Shown piece after piece: positions 9,620-18,996 of a stretch of DNA of 64,000 nt. The translations under genes and the position numbers were made by a program. The stretch is from a bacterium (GTDB lineage: Bacteria; RBG-13-61-14; DATKZS01): the NCBI GenBank assembly GCA_963674965.2, contig CAXXFL010000007.1, positions 938,379 through 1,002,378 of the forward strand, written 5' to 3'. Position 1 is the first letter of the stretch; each line of letters begins with the position of its first letter. The notes beneath the pieces are model-generated. The model saw only the letters and a list, made by a program, of their open reading frames with translations, ran no database searches and was not told the origin of the DNA.

Positions 9620-10717
9620 ATGAAAATCGAGCGAAGAAACGACATAGACTGGCTTCGGATCTTCGCGACCTATCTTTTGTTCATCTTCCACGTGGGCAAG
9701 GTGTTCGACAAGCCCCCCTTTTACCAGATCAAGAACGGGACCTTGTCCGACGGCATGAAATATTTCACGGGCTTCATTCACATCTGGCACATGCCCTTGT
9801 TTTTTCTTCTCGCCGGGTGGTCGGTTTTCAACTCCCTTAAGAAAAGGAGCGGCGGCGAGTTCTTCATCGAGCGCGTAAAGCGTCTCTTTATTCCGCTGGT
9901 AATGGGCATCATCGTTTTCTGCCCGCCCATGCAGTACGTATACGCCAGGACGGCCATGGGTTTTGAGGGAACGTACTTGGAGTTCTTGCCCCTCTTTTTC
10001 ACCTCCCTCAAGTATTTCAGTTGGTCACACTTATGGTTCCTGGCATACCTGTTTACCTTCACTCTCCTTTATTACTGGCTTTTCGCCCGGCTGATAAGGC
10101 GTGAGGACAAAGGAGGCTCAGTTCATCCAGCCATGATTTACGCGCCCATCATCGCGCTGGTTATCATCCAGGTCGCGCTTCGGCCCATTTGGCCGGGTTT
10201 CCAGAACCTTTTTGACGACTGGGCCAACTTCACCTATTACAGTACCTTCTTTATCATGGGCTTTGTTTTCTCCCGTTATCCCGCCTTCGAGGCCCTGATG
10301 CATAAACAATGGAAAATCGCCGGCGCTTTGGCCCTGTTCTTTCTTCTGGCCATGCTGGTCGTCAGCCTGACCATTCCTTACGGTCTTCCGGAGCTTGTGA
10401 TCTTCGCTCCGGCCGGCTATTGCGTGGTGATTTTCATGCTCGGGTTCGCCCGCCGGTTCCTGGCCTCGGTGGAGACGGGATTGTCCTACGCTCGGGAGTC
10501 GGCCTATCCGGTGTATATTCTCCATCAGGCATCCATCGTTTTGCCCGGCTATTTCGTAGTGCAACTGGACCTTCCCATTTACGCGAAGTATCCTTTATTG
10601 TTAGCAATCGCGGTGACGGCCTCCCTTATTGTTTATCATTTGCTGGTCAGGCCTTTCAACGCGGTTCGATTTTTATTCGGCATGAGAGGGATAAGTAAGA
10701 TGGAGCCGGTAAAATAA
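9620..10717 (+). CDS. Acyltransferase-3 family membrane protein (OpgC/MdoC-like)
   Basis: RRNDIDWLR, WHMPLFFLLAG, HLWFL and AYPVYILHQ motifs; multiple TM segments. Confidence 0.85.
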   Translation: MKIERRNDIDWLRIFATYLLFIFHVGKVFDKPPFYQIKNGTLSDGMKYFTGFIHIWHMPLFFLLAGWSVFNSLKKRSGGEFFIERVKRLFIPLVMGIIVFCPPMQYVYARTAMGFEGTYLEFLPLFFTSLKYFSWSHLWFLAYLFTFTLLYYWLFARLIRREDKGGSVHPAMIYAPIIALVIIQVALRPIWPGFQNLFDDWANFTYYSTFFIMGFVFSRYPAFEALMHKQWKIAGALALFFLLAMLVVSLTIPYGLPELVIFAPAGYCVVIFMLGFARRFLASVETGLSYARESAYPVYILHQASIVLPGYFVVQLDLPIYAKYPLLLAIAVTASLIVYHLLVRPFNAVRFLFGMRGISKMEPVK

Positions 10718-10772
10718 ACCGGCCACGGCTCCGCGAGGACATATCACTTGAAGATGAAAAGAGGAGAGCAAA

Positions 10773-11288
10773 ATGAAGAAGAAGGTATTAGCCGGCGTTA
10801 TTTTTTCGCTTACTTTTCCCCTGGCCGCTCTCGGGGCCTCGGGCTCGGATATCCTGGGCTTGTGGATCACGGAGGGAAAAGACGCGCTCATCGAGGTGTA
10901 TGAAGAGAACGGCGTCTACTCGGGCAAGATCGTTTCTCTCAAGTATCCCAATTACTGGGAGGGGGAGAAAAAAGGCCAGCCCAAGCTTGACGACAAGAAC
11001 CCGGACGAGGGTTTGCGCTCGAGGCCCCTGGTAGGGACCCGGATCATCCGCGGCTTCCAGTTTAAGGACGGCAAATGGGTTGAGGGAGAAATATACGACC
11101 CCGACAACGGCAAGACCTATAGCTGCGAGATCAAGCTGGGCGGGGACGGCGCGCTCGAGGTCAGGGGATACATTGGAGTATCTCTACTTGGCCGCACCAC
11201 CAAGTGGGAAAGACCCGAGACCTACCTCGATCGGGAACTCAAGTTCCTGCGCATGGAATGCGACTGTAAAAAAACCGAGACCCAATAG
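10773..11288 (+). CDS. DUF2147 domain exported protein
   Basis: GLWIT, DDKNPDEGLRSRPLVG, GEIYDPDNGKTYSC, LEVRGYIGVSLLGRTTKW. Confidence 0.88.
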   Translation: MKKKVLAGVIFSLTFPLAALGASGSDILGLWITEGKDALIEVYEENGVYSGKIVSLKYPNYWEGEKKGQPKLDDKNPDEGLRSRPLVGTRIIRGFQFKDGKWVEGEIYDPDNGKTYSCEIKLGGDGALEVRGYIGVSLLGRTTKWERPETYLDRELKFLRMECDCKKTETQ

Positions 11289-11312
11289 CGCTAAATTCAG
11301 GAAGCAATATTT

Positions 11313-11346
11313 AGGGGGTAGCTCCAAGGAGGGCTATCCCCTTTTC
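11313..11346 (+). terminator. Putative terminator hairpin
   Basis: AGGGGGTAGCTC-CAAGGA-GGGCTATCCCCTTTT. Confidence 0.55.
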
Positions 11347-11367
11347 GTCAGCCACGCGACGTTGGCT

Positions 11368-12669
11368 TTATATTCTCGCGACGCCCAGGAAGACGGCGTG
11401 GAGGCTGGCGGCAATAATCAGGAAAAGCCGCCTTGCCCGCTCGGGCTCGAGCCCTGGACAGGAGTAATGTATTTGTCCGCTGGGACAGCCGGCCACGCAG
11501 TCTCCGCATAGGGTGCATGACTCTCCGGGCTTTCCAGAGGCGACGATGTCCCCGGAGAGGGCGTCGTAACGGCAGGAGGAAAAACACTTTCCGCACCTGG
11601 TGCATCCGTCGCCAATCCTGATCCTTATTGGATTTATCTTTCCCATCCAGCAGGCGATAAAGCCGATGGGACAATAGGCGGTGCAGTGGACCATGGCGCC
11701 CGTTCGCCTGGAGACGAAGACCATGATCGCCACGCCCGCCAGGCCGAAAGCCAGGGCCGTCAGGATGGCGGCCGACGCGGGCAGTCCCGACTTCCTCAGG
11801 ACATGTGCCACGAGGACAACCAGGATCAGCGCGACGACCCTCGAGTACTTGCGCCAGGACGGGAGCCTGGACGGCGCGGGCCTCGCCCGGCTCGACAGGT
11901 CGTCCCAGGCCCCCACGTAACAAAGCCAACTGCACCAGGCGGGACCGGCCAAAAGGACGGTGACGCCGAACAGGACGGCCATGAAGAAACCCTCGCCCCT
12001 GTAAACCGGACCTCCCACGATCAGCGCGGGTATGGGCAGATGAAGCTTGCCCGTCATGAGCGCCTTCTCCACTCCCCAAAGCCCCAGCGCGAGTTGGGTG
12101 AAAAACACCGCCGAGAAAAGGCGCCATGCCAGGGGCCTCAGGCGAGCGGCCCGGGCCGGGTCCGTGATCTTGTCCGCCAGCCACCCACCATAGGCCGAGA
12201 GAGCAAGAAGCTCGATCCAGCCGAGGCCGGGAAAGAACCTTTCAACGAGAAGGCCGGGAGGGTCCATCTTGAGCTGGACGAAAAGGAGGAGTAAGCCCGT
12301 GAGGAAAAAAGCGCTCACCCCGGCCTTTCCCGCCCGCGGCTCGGCGTCCCACTCGATAATGATCTTGATATAAGAGAAGGCAAAGCCGGACAAGAAGGCC
12401 AATGCGGCGGCGGCCAGATATATATAGGTCCAGTTAAGGCCCAGGGGAGAAGGGCCGATATTGACGCGCCAGGCGTGAAAGGCGAAAAATATCCAGACGC
12501 CCGCTCCCGCCCAGGTAAGGGCCTTGAGCGCCAGCCGGGTCCAATCCCGCCGGATCAAAAGCATGAGGGGCATAAGCGCCAGGGCCGCGCCGGCCCCCGC
12601 CTCGCCGATCATATAAAACTGAAGGCCCAACAAAAGAAAGCATAAGACTGGAAATATTAGCGCGTACAT
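11368..12669 (-). CDS. Membrane 4Fe-4S polyferredoxin (NapH/MauN/Fer4_5-like)
   Basis: Many TM helices; AWCSWLCYVG, HCTAYCPIG and two CxxCxxCxxxC motifs. Confidence 0.82.
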   Translation of the reverse strand: MYALIFPVLCFLLLGLQFYMIGEAGAGAALALMPLMLLIRRDWTRLALKALTWAGAGVWIFFAFHAWRVNIGPSPLGLNWTYIYLAAAALAFLSGFAFSYIKIIIEWDAEPRAGKAGVSAFFLTGLLLLFVQLKMDPPGLLVERFFPGLGWIELLALSAYGGWLADKITDPARAARLRPLAWRLFSAVFFTQLALGLWGVEKALMTGKLHLPIPALIVGGPVYRGEGFFMAVLFGVTVLLAGPAWCSWLCYVGAWDDLSSRARPAPSRLPSWRKYSRVVALILVVLVAHVLRKSGLPASAAILTALAFGLAGVAIMVFVSRRTGAMVHCTAYCPIGFIACWMGKINPIRIRIGDGCTRCGKCFSSCRYDALSGDIVASGKPGESCTLCGDCVAGCPSGQIHYSCPGLEPERARRLFLIIAASLHAVFLGVARI

Positions 12670-12735
12670 GGCCTGGTTGCCCGGCGCGGCGGGGGAAGAC
12701 GGGGCCTTCCCCCACCGGCCGACTAATATGATGCC

Positions 12736-14379
12736 TCAGGCGAGAGCGGCCTTCAAATCCTCCTCCACTGAGCTGATGGGAGCGATCTTGAATTTATCCA
12801 CCAGCGCGTTAAGGGCCGCCGGCGTGACGAAGGCGGGAAGGCTCGGCCCCAGCTTGATATCGAGTATGCCCAGGTGAAGAAGAGTCAGAAGAATGGCCGC
12901 GGCCTTCTGCTCGTACCAGGAAAGGATCATCGTGAGGGGCAGGCCGTTCACGTCGGTATCGAAGGCGTTGGCCAGGGCCAGGGCAATCTGGATGGCCGAG
13001 TAGGCGTCGTTGCACTGGCCTATGTCCAGGAGCCTGGGAATGCCCCCGATATCGCCGAACTCGAGCTTGTTGAACCGGTACTTGCCGCAGGCCAGGGTCA
13101 AAATAACGCCGTCCTCCGGGACCGCCTTGGCCAGGTCCGTGTAATAACTCCTTCCGCTCCTGGCCCCGTCGCAGCCGCCGATAAGGAAGAAACGCCTGAT
13201 CTTGCCGGCCTTGACCGCCTCGATAACCTTGTCCGCCACGCCCAGCACCGCGTTCCTTCCAAAGCCCACGGTAATGGTCTGGCCGGGTCCGTCCTCCTCG
13301 AAGCCGGGCGCGGCCAGGGCCGCCTCGATGACGGGCGTGAAGTCGTGGTCCCCGATATGCCTAACGCCGGGCCAGGCCACCACGCCGCTGGTGAAAATCC
13401 TGTCCTTGTAGGAGTCGTCCGGCTTCTGGATGCAGTTGGTGGTCATGAGGATGGCCCCGGGAAACTCGGCGAACTCCTTCTTCTGGTTCTGCCAGGCGCT
13501 CCCGTAGTTGCCCACCAGATGCTTGTATTTTTTTAGACCCGGATATGAGTTGGCCGTGAGCATCTCGCCGTGGGTGTAAACGTTAATCCCCTTGCCCTCC
13601 GTCTGGATGAGGAGTTCTTCCAGGTCCTTGAGATCGTGACCCGACACGACGATGGCCTTTCCCTTGAGCGGCGTGACCCGGACCGCCGTCGGCTCGGGAT
13701 GGCCGTATGTCCCGGTGTTTCCCGCGTCCAGGAGTTCCATCGCCTTCAGGTTAATCTCGCCCACTCGAAGGGCGTAGCCGAGAAGCTCATCCAACGTTGG
13801 GTCCTTTTTGGTGAGAAAATCCAGGGCCTCGTGAATGAACGCGTAAACCGCCTCGTCCTCCTGGCCCAGTATCTGGGCGTGGTCCGCGTAGGCGGCGACT
13901 CCCTTGAGTCCATACGTGATGAGTTCCTGAAGACCGACGACGTCGTCGCCCAGATCGCTCTTCCTTTTCTCGATGCCCACCTCGACTCCTTGCGCGATAA
14001 GGCCGGCCAGGTCGGAGGCGGGCGTCCACGCGGCGGCCCCCTCAAGCTTCTCCGCCGGCTTTCCCACCCGGGACGCGGCTTCTTCGTAAAGGCCCTTGGC
14101 CTTGTCCTTCATTAGGGCGGCCTTCTCGAGGAGGGCCTTGAGCCTGACCGGGTCGAAGTTCACGTTGGTCAGCGTCGAGAAAAGGGCCTTCAAGATGAAG
14201 ACGTCGATTTCGCGGTCCCTGGCGCCCATTTCCCCGGCGCGATGGGCGTGGTTGGCCACGCCTTTCAAGGCGTGGATCAAGAGGTCCTGGAGGGCCGCCG
14301 CGTCGGCGTCTTTTCCGCAAACTCCTTTAGCTTTGCATCCCTCTCCTTTTGCCGTTTGTTCGCACTGGTAGCAAAACAT
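12736..14379 (-). CDS. hcp: Hybrid cluster protein (hydroxylamine/NO reductase, prismane)
   Basis: MFCYQCEQT..GC..GVCGK N-terminus; SGHDL, THGEM, TTNC, GGCDG, ACGKYR, GQCNDAY, SWYEQKA. Confidence 0.97.
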   Translation of the reverse strand: MFCYQCEQTAKGEGCKAKGVCGKDADAAALQDLLIHALKGVANHAHRAGEMGARDREIDVFILKALFSTLTNVNFDPVRLKALLEKAALMKDKAKGLYEEAASRVGKPAEKLEGAAAWTPASDLAGLIAQGVEVGIEKRKSDLGDDVVGLQELITYGLKGVAAYADHAQILGQEDEAVYAFIHEALDFLTKKDPTLDELLGYALRVGEINLKAMELLDAGNTGTYGHPEPTAVRVTPLKGKAIVVSGHDLKDLEELLIQTEGKGINVYTHGEMLTANSYPGLKKYKHLVGNYGSAWQNQKKEFAEFPGAILMTTNCIQKPDDSYKDRIFTSGVVAWPGVRHIGDHDFTPVIEAALAAPGFEEDGPGQTITVGFGRNAVLGVADKVIEAVKAGKIRRFFLIGGCDGARSGRSYYTDLAKAVPEDGVILTLACGKYRFNKLEFGDIGGIPRLLDIGQCNDAYSAIQIALALANAFDTDVNGLPLTMILSWYEQKAAAILLTLLHLGILDIKLGPSLPAFVTPAALNALVDKFKIAPISSVEEDLKAALA

Positions 14380-14405
14380 TTTTTCTCCTTCCTTTAATTT
14401 TATTT

Positions 14406-14421
14406 AAGTACCTAATTACCT
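14406..14421 (-). promoter_or_regulatory. Putative Rrf2 operator upstream of hcp
   Basis: Minus strand AGGTAATTAGGTACTT resembles AGGTATTGTAGTACCA in the rrf2 promoter (GGTA-N6-TAC). Confidence 0.45.
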
Positions 14422-14474
14422 GTATAGGGCCGCAATATTGCCCCGAATACTTTAACAAGGCGGGCCTGGACTTT

Positions 14475-15224
14475 TTACGCCGCGCCCACCTCCAGGAACG
14501 TCTTATAAGCAAGCGCCTTGCCCGCGCCGGTCTTGAATATCTTCTCGATCTTCCTCTCCAGCGTTTCTTTGTCCGCGTCCGGGTACTCGTCGGGAACGTT
14601 AACCAGCCAGTCGGCGTCCCATAAAACGCGGAACTCGAGCGTGTCGACGTCCTTGGCCGAGTGATGGTTGGCGATGATTTTCAGCACGTGCTCGATGGTG
14701 TCCTTGTCCAGGCCGGCCTCCTTCAAAATGGGCTCGGCGATGGCGGGTCCTTCCATCTCCTGGTAGACGCCGGCCGAGCCGCCGTGCTTTCTCTCCGCTT
14801 CCTGGATGCCTATATCGTGGAGGATGGCCGAGGCCAGTATGACCTTGGGGTCGCCTCCTTCCCGGCGCATGATCTCCTCGGCCCGCTCGAGCACGGAAAG
14901 GGCGTGGGTGATCCTTTTCTGGTCCGCGCCGAAGACCTTCTTCATGGCGGCTATCAGCTTCTCGGTCAGTGCCGTCTCGTGGGCGCCCTCCTCCGCCAGT
15001 TCTTTGGGATCGAACCCGAGGCATTCCTTGGCGTGCTCGCACCACTGGGCGCAGCCCATGCTCATCTTGGGGTTGACCACCAGGGTCCCGCACTTCTTGC
15101 AGCGGCGGCGGGCCTCGTCCTTGAAGAACTCCATGGCCGCCCCACATCCTCCGCACTTGATCTCGAATATATCCTCGGGCCTCCAGAACCTGGTGTCCTG
15201 TCCCGGGCACATCGTCTGCGTCAT
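14475..15224 (-). CDS. HD-domain protein with N-terminal Cys-rich (Zn-ribbon-like) domain
   Basis: Start re-assigned to ATG 15224 (ATGA overlap with the upstream gene). CPGQD..CGGCG..CKKCG..CAQWC..C, then RITHAL, AILHDIG, NHHS, LWDAD. Confidence 0.82.
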   Translation of the reverse strand: MTQTMCPGQDTRFWRPEDIFEIKCGGCGAAMEFFKDEARRRCKKCGTLVVNPKMSMGCAQWCEHAKECLGFDPKELAEEGAHETALTEKLIAAMKKVFGADQKRITHALSVLERAEEIMRREGGDPKVILASAILHDIGIQEAERKHGGSAGVYQEMEGPAIAEPILKEAGLDKDTIEHVLKIIANHHSAKDVDTLEFRVLWDADWLVNVPDEYPDADKETLERKIEKIFKTGAGKALAYKTFLEVGAA

Positions 15225-15910
15225 TTTACCCTCCCCTTTCCGGCGCGGGGCCAATAGTCGGCGAAGCGCTCCCCCCTGGCGCCGTTTTCCAGGTAGTCCC
15301 CGATTATCCTCTCGACCAGGCCGATGGCCTCCTCGGCGCTCGAGACCTCGGCTATCTTGCCGCCCAGCCGCGGCCGCCGCCCCAGCTTGCCTCCGGCGAT
15401 GACCTTGATCCATGGTCCCGACAGGCTGATGCTGTGAGCGGGACAAACGTCGCGGCACTCGTTGCAACCCAGGCATTTTTCCCGGTTGAATACGGGATAC
15501 CCGCCGTCCCACTCGATGGCGCGGTCCGGACAGGCCAGCATGCACGACCCGCACTCGCGGCACTCGGAGGGATCGAACTCGGGACGGACGAAGCCGATGA
15601 GGCCAAGGTCGGCGATCTGGGGCCTCGAGCGGCAATTGGCGCATCCCGCCACGGCGATCTTAATCCCATGGTGAGCCTTTGATTTATCCGGCCCCAGTTT
15701 GGCCGCGATCCTCTCGCCTGTCGCGTTTCGGGACGCCCATTCCTCGAGGCCGCGGACCAGGGCCGCCGCGTCGATGCCCGAGTTACGGCAACCTTCCCTC
15801 GCGCATTTGCCCTCCCATATTTCAATCATGGGGAATTTCCTTTCCGGGCCTTCCTCATTAATTTCGGTGAAAGCCTTTTCCTCATGATTATGTACGCCGG
15901 CGGACTTCAT
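15221..15910 (-). CDS. Nitrite/sulfite reductase-like 4Fe-4S protein (AsrC-like C-terminal module)
   Basis: IKIAVAGCANCRSRPQIADLG, two CxxCxxCxxxCP motifs, GGKLGRRPRLG. Confidence 0.78.
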   Translation of the reverse strand: MKSAGVHNHEEKAFTEINEEGPERKFPMIEIWEGKCAREGCRNSGIDAAALVRGLEEWASRNATGERIAAKLGPDKSKAHHGIKIAVAGCANCRSRPQIADLGLIGFVRPEFDPSECRECGSCMLACPDRAIEWDGGYPVFNREKCLGCNECRDVCPAHSISLSGPWIKVIAGGKLGRRPRLGGKIAEVSSAEEAIGLVERIIGDYLENGARGERFADYWPRAGKGRVK

Positions 15911-15937
15911 GGCCAATCGCCTCTCTTTGTTTCCTCA

Positions 15938-16711
15938 TTACCCCGTTGAAGCCTTGGGACCGTACTCGGTCAGGTCCTCTTCCTCCTGCACCTTTCCGTC
16001 CACGCTTATCTGTATTCTTTTAAGGGGGACATTGGTCCCCGACTTCTCGATGGCCTTTTCAGCGCCAAACACGAAGCCGCGGCAGCAGGGGACTTCCATA
16101 TGGACAACGGTGAGCGACCTTGGTTTCGCTTCCTTCAATATCAGGGCCAGCCTCTCGATATGGGCCTCGAGGTCGTCCAGCTTGGGGCAACCGATGGCCA
16201 CGGCCTTGCCGGGAAGCAGCCGGGAGTGAAGGTCCGGATAGCTCACGCCCGCGCAGTCGGCCAGAAGGACCAGGTCCGATCCCTTGAGGAATGGCGCGCT
16301 CGGTCCCAGAAGCTGGAGCTTGATGGGCCAGTGCCCCAGGCCGGATGGGGAGCTTTCCAACGAGGAACAACCACAACTTCCTCGCGGAGAAAGAGCGCGA
16401 GCCGCCGTGCCCGGGCATCCGCAGGCCAGGGTCTCCTCATGCCCATGGGTTGCCCGTCCAGCCTCGTTTTTCTGGAGAAGATCCTCGACCGCCGCCTCGT
16501 CGAACTCCTCGGCCTCGCGCTCGATTATGGTCAGCGCCCCCTCCGGGCACTCACCTATGCAGGCCCCAAGGCCGTCGCAGTATACGTCGCCCACCAGCCT
16601 GGCCTTCCCTTCAACCAGCTTGAGCGCCCCCTCGGCGCAGGCGATTATACACTGGCCGCAACCCGTGCATTTTTCCTCGTCGATCTTAATTATTTTTCTC
16701 GCGCCAGGCAT
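15938..16711 (-). CDS. 4Fe-4S dicluster protein (hcp-associated iron-sulfur protein)
   Basis: KIIKIDEEKCTGCGQC..CAEGAL, CDGLGACIGECP, CGCPG, WPIKL, ADC, GCPKLD, MEVPCC. Confidence 0.88.
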   Translation of the reverse strand: MPGARKIIKIDEEKCTGCGQCIIACAEGALKLVEGKARLVGDVYCDGLGACIGECPEGALTIIEREAEEFDEAAVEDLLQKNEAGRATHGHEETLACGCPGTAARALSPRGSCGCSSLESSPSGLGHWPIKLQLLGPSAPFLKGSDLVLLADCAGVSYPDLHSRLLPGKAVAIGCPKLDDLEAHIERLALILKEAKPRSLTVVHMEVPCCRGFVFGAEKAIEKSGTNVPLKRIQISVDGKVQEEEDLTEYGPKASTG

Positions 16712-17139
16712 GGCCCCTCCTTTGTATCCACGAGTTCATCGCCCAGGTCGGACAGTCTCGTGCCGTTGAAATATTCCTCTATCCTTTTGTTCACCGCGCG
16801 CAAAAGGTCTCCCATTATGCACGACTCGCCCGAGCATATCCTTTCGCTAAGCAGGCAGTCGCTATAGGAAAAAGGTCCCTCGAGGGCCTCGTAGATTTCC
16901 ATGAGCCTTATGTTCTCGGGCGCAAGGGCCAGGGAATAGCCGCCGCTCGGTCCTCTCACTCCCCGGGCCAGGCCCGCCTTGGCCAGCTTCTGCATGACCT
17001 TGGACAGGTGGGCCTCACTGACCTTGAGCGACCTGGCCATCTCGGAGTTGGATAACTTCCTGTGGTTTTCCTTGGCCATCATGGCCATGGCGTGGATGCC
17101 GATTCTCGCGGCCTCGGATATTTTAATCATGTCGCTCAT
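16690..17139 (-). CDS. Rrf2-family transcriptional regulator with three Cys
   Basis: KISEAA..HAM, HLSKVMQKLAKAGL..RGPSGGYSLA, IYEALEG; C-x6-C-x4-C. Start is ATG 17139 or 17130. Confidence 0.9.
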   Translation of the reverse strand: MSDMIKISEAARIGIHAMAMMAKENHRKLSNSEMARSLKVSEAHLSKVMQKLAKAGLARGVRGPSGGYSLALAPENIRLMEIYEALEGPFSYSDCLLSERICSGESCIMGDLLRAVNKRIEEYFNGTRLSDLGDELVDTKEGPCLAREK

Positions 17140-17147
17140 CTTTTTTA

Positions 17148-17178
17148 CTATTATGGTACTACAATACCTTTTTGTCAA
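17148..17178 (-). promoter_or_regulatory. Sigma70 promoter with an internal palindromic operator
   Basis: Minus strand TTGACA-17nt-CATAAT; the spacer contains GGTAttgtagTACC. Confidence 0.7.
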
Positions 17179-17659
17179 GGTTTTTTTTAGCCCTTTTAAA
17201 GAGATTTTTCGTCTAAACATTAAAATCTAATATTATCAGTGCCTTAACGTGGACGGCCGTTTCGGCCCACGCGAGAATTACCATCCACTTTGATGCTCCG
17301 TCCCCTCGGGAATCATCCTTTCTTTGGTCCAGGGCCCATGCCTCCAACCATCTGGCGTTTGAAGTCCGCGTCGATCTTTATTATGTTTTGCCCTAAGCGG
17401 GCTATTGAACAAAGCCCGGGGTTGGCCGGGAAGCGGCTTACCATGGGCCTTGATATTAAGCCCCTTCGACTAATGGAAATGGAACCAATAAGGCGCCAAC
17501 GTTTATGCCGCTCATCATAAAACGCCGCGCCAAGTCCATATAGTAAAACCAACCCAGGGCGCCATGCCCGGAGATTTCGGCTACAATCTTTATTAAGCGT
17601 TCCTTTAACGAATGGGGCCGCCGCGCGGCCGTTGGGACATAATATCAACGGGAGAAGCG

Positions 17660-17890
17660 ATGTATATACTGATCAACTACTGCAACTTGTGAGGATACCG
17701 GCCGAGGGCGGTCGCTCTCGCGAGGATTCTCAAGGAAAAGTACGACGTCGAGACCGATATCTCGGTGGGAAACTCGGGCGATTTCGAGGTCAAGGCCGAC
17801 GGCAAGCCGGTTTTCTCCAAGCGCTCGCTGGGACGCTTTCCCAACCCCGGCGAGGTCGAGGACTTGGTCAAGCAATTACTGCAAGGATGA
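17660..17890 (+). CDS. SelW/SelT/SelH (Rdx family) selenoprotein with CxxU motif
   Basis: GGAGAAG RBS, ATG 17660. Translation MYILINYCNL-U(TGA 17690-17692)-GYRPRAVALARILKEKYDVETDISVGNSGDFEVKADGKPVFSKRSLGRFPNPGEVEDLVKQLLQG*; GxFEV..G..VFSK...RFP is the Rdx signature. Confidence 0.88.
17703..17720 (+). promoter_or_regulatory. Putative bacterial SECIS hairpin
   Basis: CGAGGGC-GGTC-GCTCTCG stem-loop; the G-initiated apical loop lies ~18 nt after the in-frame UGA. Confidence 0.6.
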
Positions 17891-17913
17891 CTTCGGCCTG
17901 ATATAATGGCCGC

Positions 17914-18696
17914 GTGAGTTTTTCTTCCAAACAAGGCGATAAAACCTACGGCCCGGAGGACGCCCGGGCCCCGGTGCAGCTTTCCCTTCTGGACAACGTC
18001 GGGCCTCTGCCCTCGAGTCCTCTCATGGAGGAGTCCGAGTTCATCGCGAGGCTTTCGGGCCTAATACCGGAAAAGACCAGGATCAGCCTCACCCGCAACC
18101 GGTCATCCATCATCCACGCCCGCCGGGACAAGAACGGCGTTTGCGTGGCCCGGGTCCAGCACGCCTTCCGGGCGGCGGACGAGAGGACCATGAAGGCCCT
18201 GGCCCGGTTTATCGTGAGGCCCGACAAAAGGTCCCGCCGCGTCATCGACGAGTTCATCCGGGACAAGGCCGACCTTATCGACGCCATGGCCAGGGAGGCC
18301 AGGCCCGCTTCCCCCATGGCCGGGTCTCATCGCGACCTGGCAAAGATACTGGCCAAGGTCCAGCGGGACCACGGCGTCCGGGTGAAGGGCCTTGGAATCT
18401 CGTGGTCCCGAGCGGGCGTGAGGAAAAAAAGAAGGTCCATCAAGTTCGGCAGCTTCAGCCACGCCGCGAGAACGATCTATATTCACCCCGAGCTTGACGA
18501 CCCCTCCGTGCCGGATTACTTCGTCGAGTATATCGTCTACCACGAGCTCCTCCATTCCCTTTTCCCGCCCTCAGTCGGCAGCGGGAACAGGCGGGACGTG
18601 CATAACGAGGAGTTCAAAAGGTTCGAAAGGAAGTTCAGGCTATACAAAGAGGCGGTCGAGTACGAGAAGCTTTTCGTGAAAACCAGGCTCGGCTAG
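17914..18696 (+). CDS. SprT/YgjP-like zinc metallopeptidase domain protein
   Basis: IKFGSF..IYIHPELD..VPDYFVEYIVYHELLH..H..F..ERKF. Confidence 0.78.
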   Translation: MSFSSKQGDKTYGPEDARAPVQLSLLDNVGPLPSSPLMEESEFIARLSGLIPEKTRISLTRNRSSIIHARRDKNGVCVARVQHAFRAADERTMKALARFIVRPDKRSRRVIDEFIRDKADLIDAMAREARPASPMAGSHRDLAKILAKVQRDHGVRVKGLGISWSRAGVRKKRRSIKFGSFSHAARTIYIHPELDDPSVPDYFVEYIVYHELLHSLFPPSVGSGNRRDVHNEEFKRFERKFRLYKEAVEYEKLFVKTRLG

Positions 18697-18699
18697 CGA

Positions 18700-18921
18700 T
18701 CATGACTCGCATGAGTCGCGCATGGCGCACTCGCCCGGCTCTTCATCCTCCGCGTCCCGAGTGAAAACCACGAAGGCCATGGCCGGCCTCTTCGAGGAGT
18801 CGCGCATGGCGAACTGGATACCGTCCAGGGTCCAGCCCTCGGCCGAGTTCTCGTTGATGCACCGCTCCAGGTTCTCGTCCGTTACCGTGCTTATTTCCCT
18901 TACCCTGTAATGCGTGACCAT
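18700..18921 (-). CDS. DUF4177-like small protein
   Basis: YRVRE.STVTDENLE..IN....GWTLDGIQFAMRDSSKRPAMAFVVFTR. Confidence 0.65.
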   Translation of the reverse strand: MVTHYRVREISTVTDENLERCINENSAEGWTLDGIQFAMRDSSKRPAMAFVVFTRDAEDEEPGECAMRDSCES

Positions 18922-18996
18922 GCTCTTCTCCCCTGACCTTATACTATCAATATAGTCACGGCCCCCCGGAGGCGCAAGCGTAACCGCGTCCTTCGG

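Noticed and set aside
12736-14379. Link between this hcp and the T6SS Hcp
   Set aside because: Name collision only: the hybrid cluster protein is unrelated to the T6SS tube protein at 62340..62828.
15225-15644. 140-aa N-terminal extension of the HD protein in the ORF track
   Set aside because: Overlaps the upstream FeS gene in another frame; ATG 15224 with an ATGA overlap and RBS is the better start.
17300-17560. Possible decayed transporter fragment on the minus strand (..SGINVGALL..)
   Set aside because: Only one short motif among stops and frameshifts; not enough to call a pseudogene.
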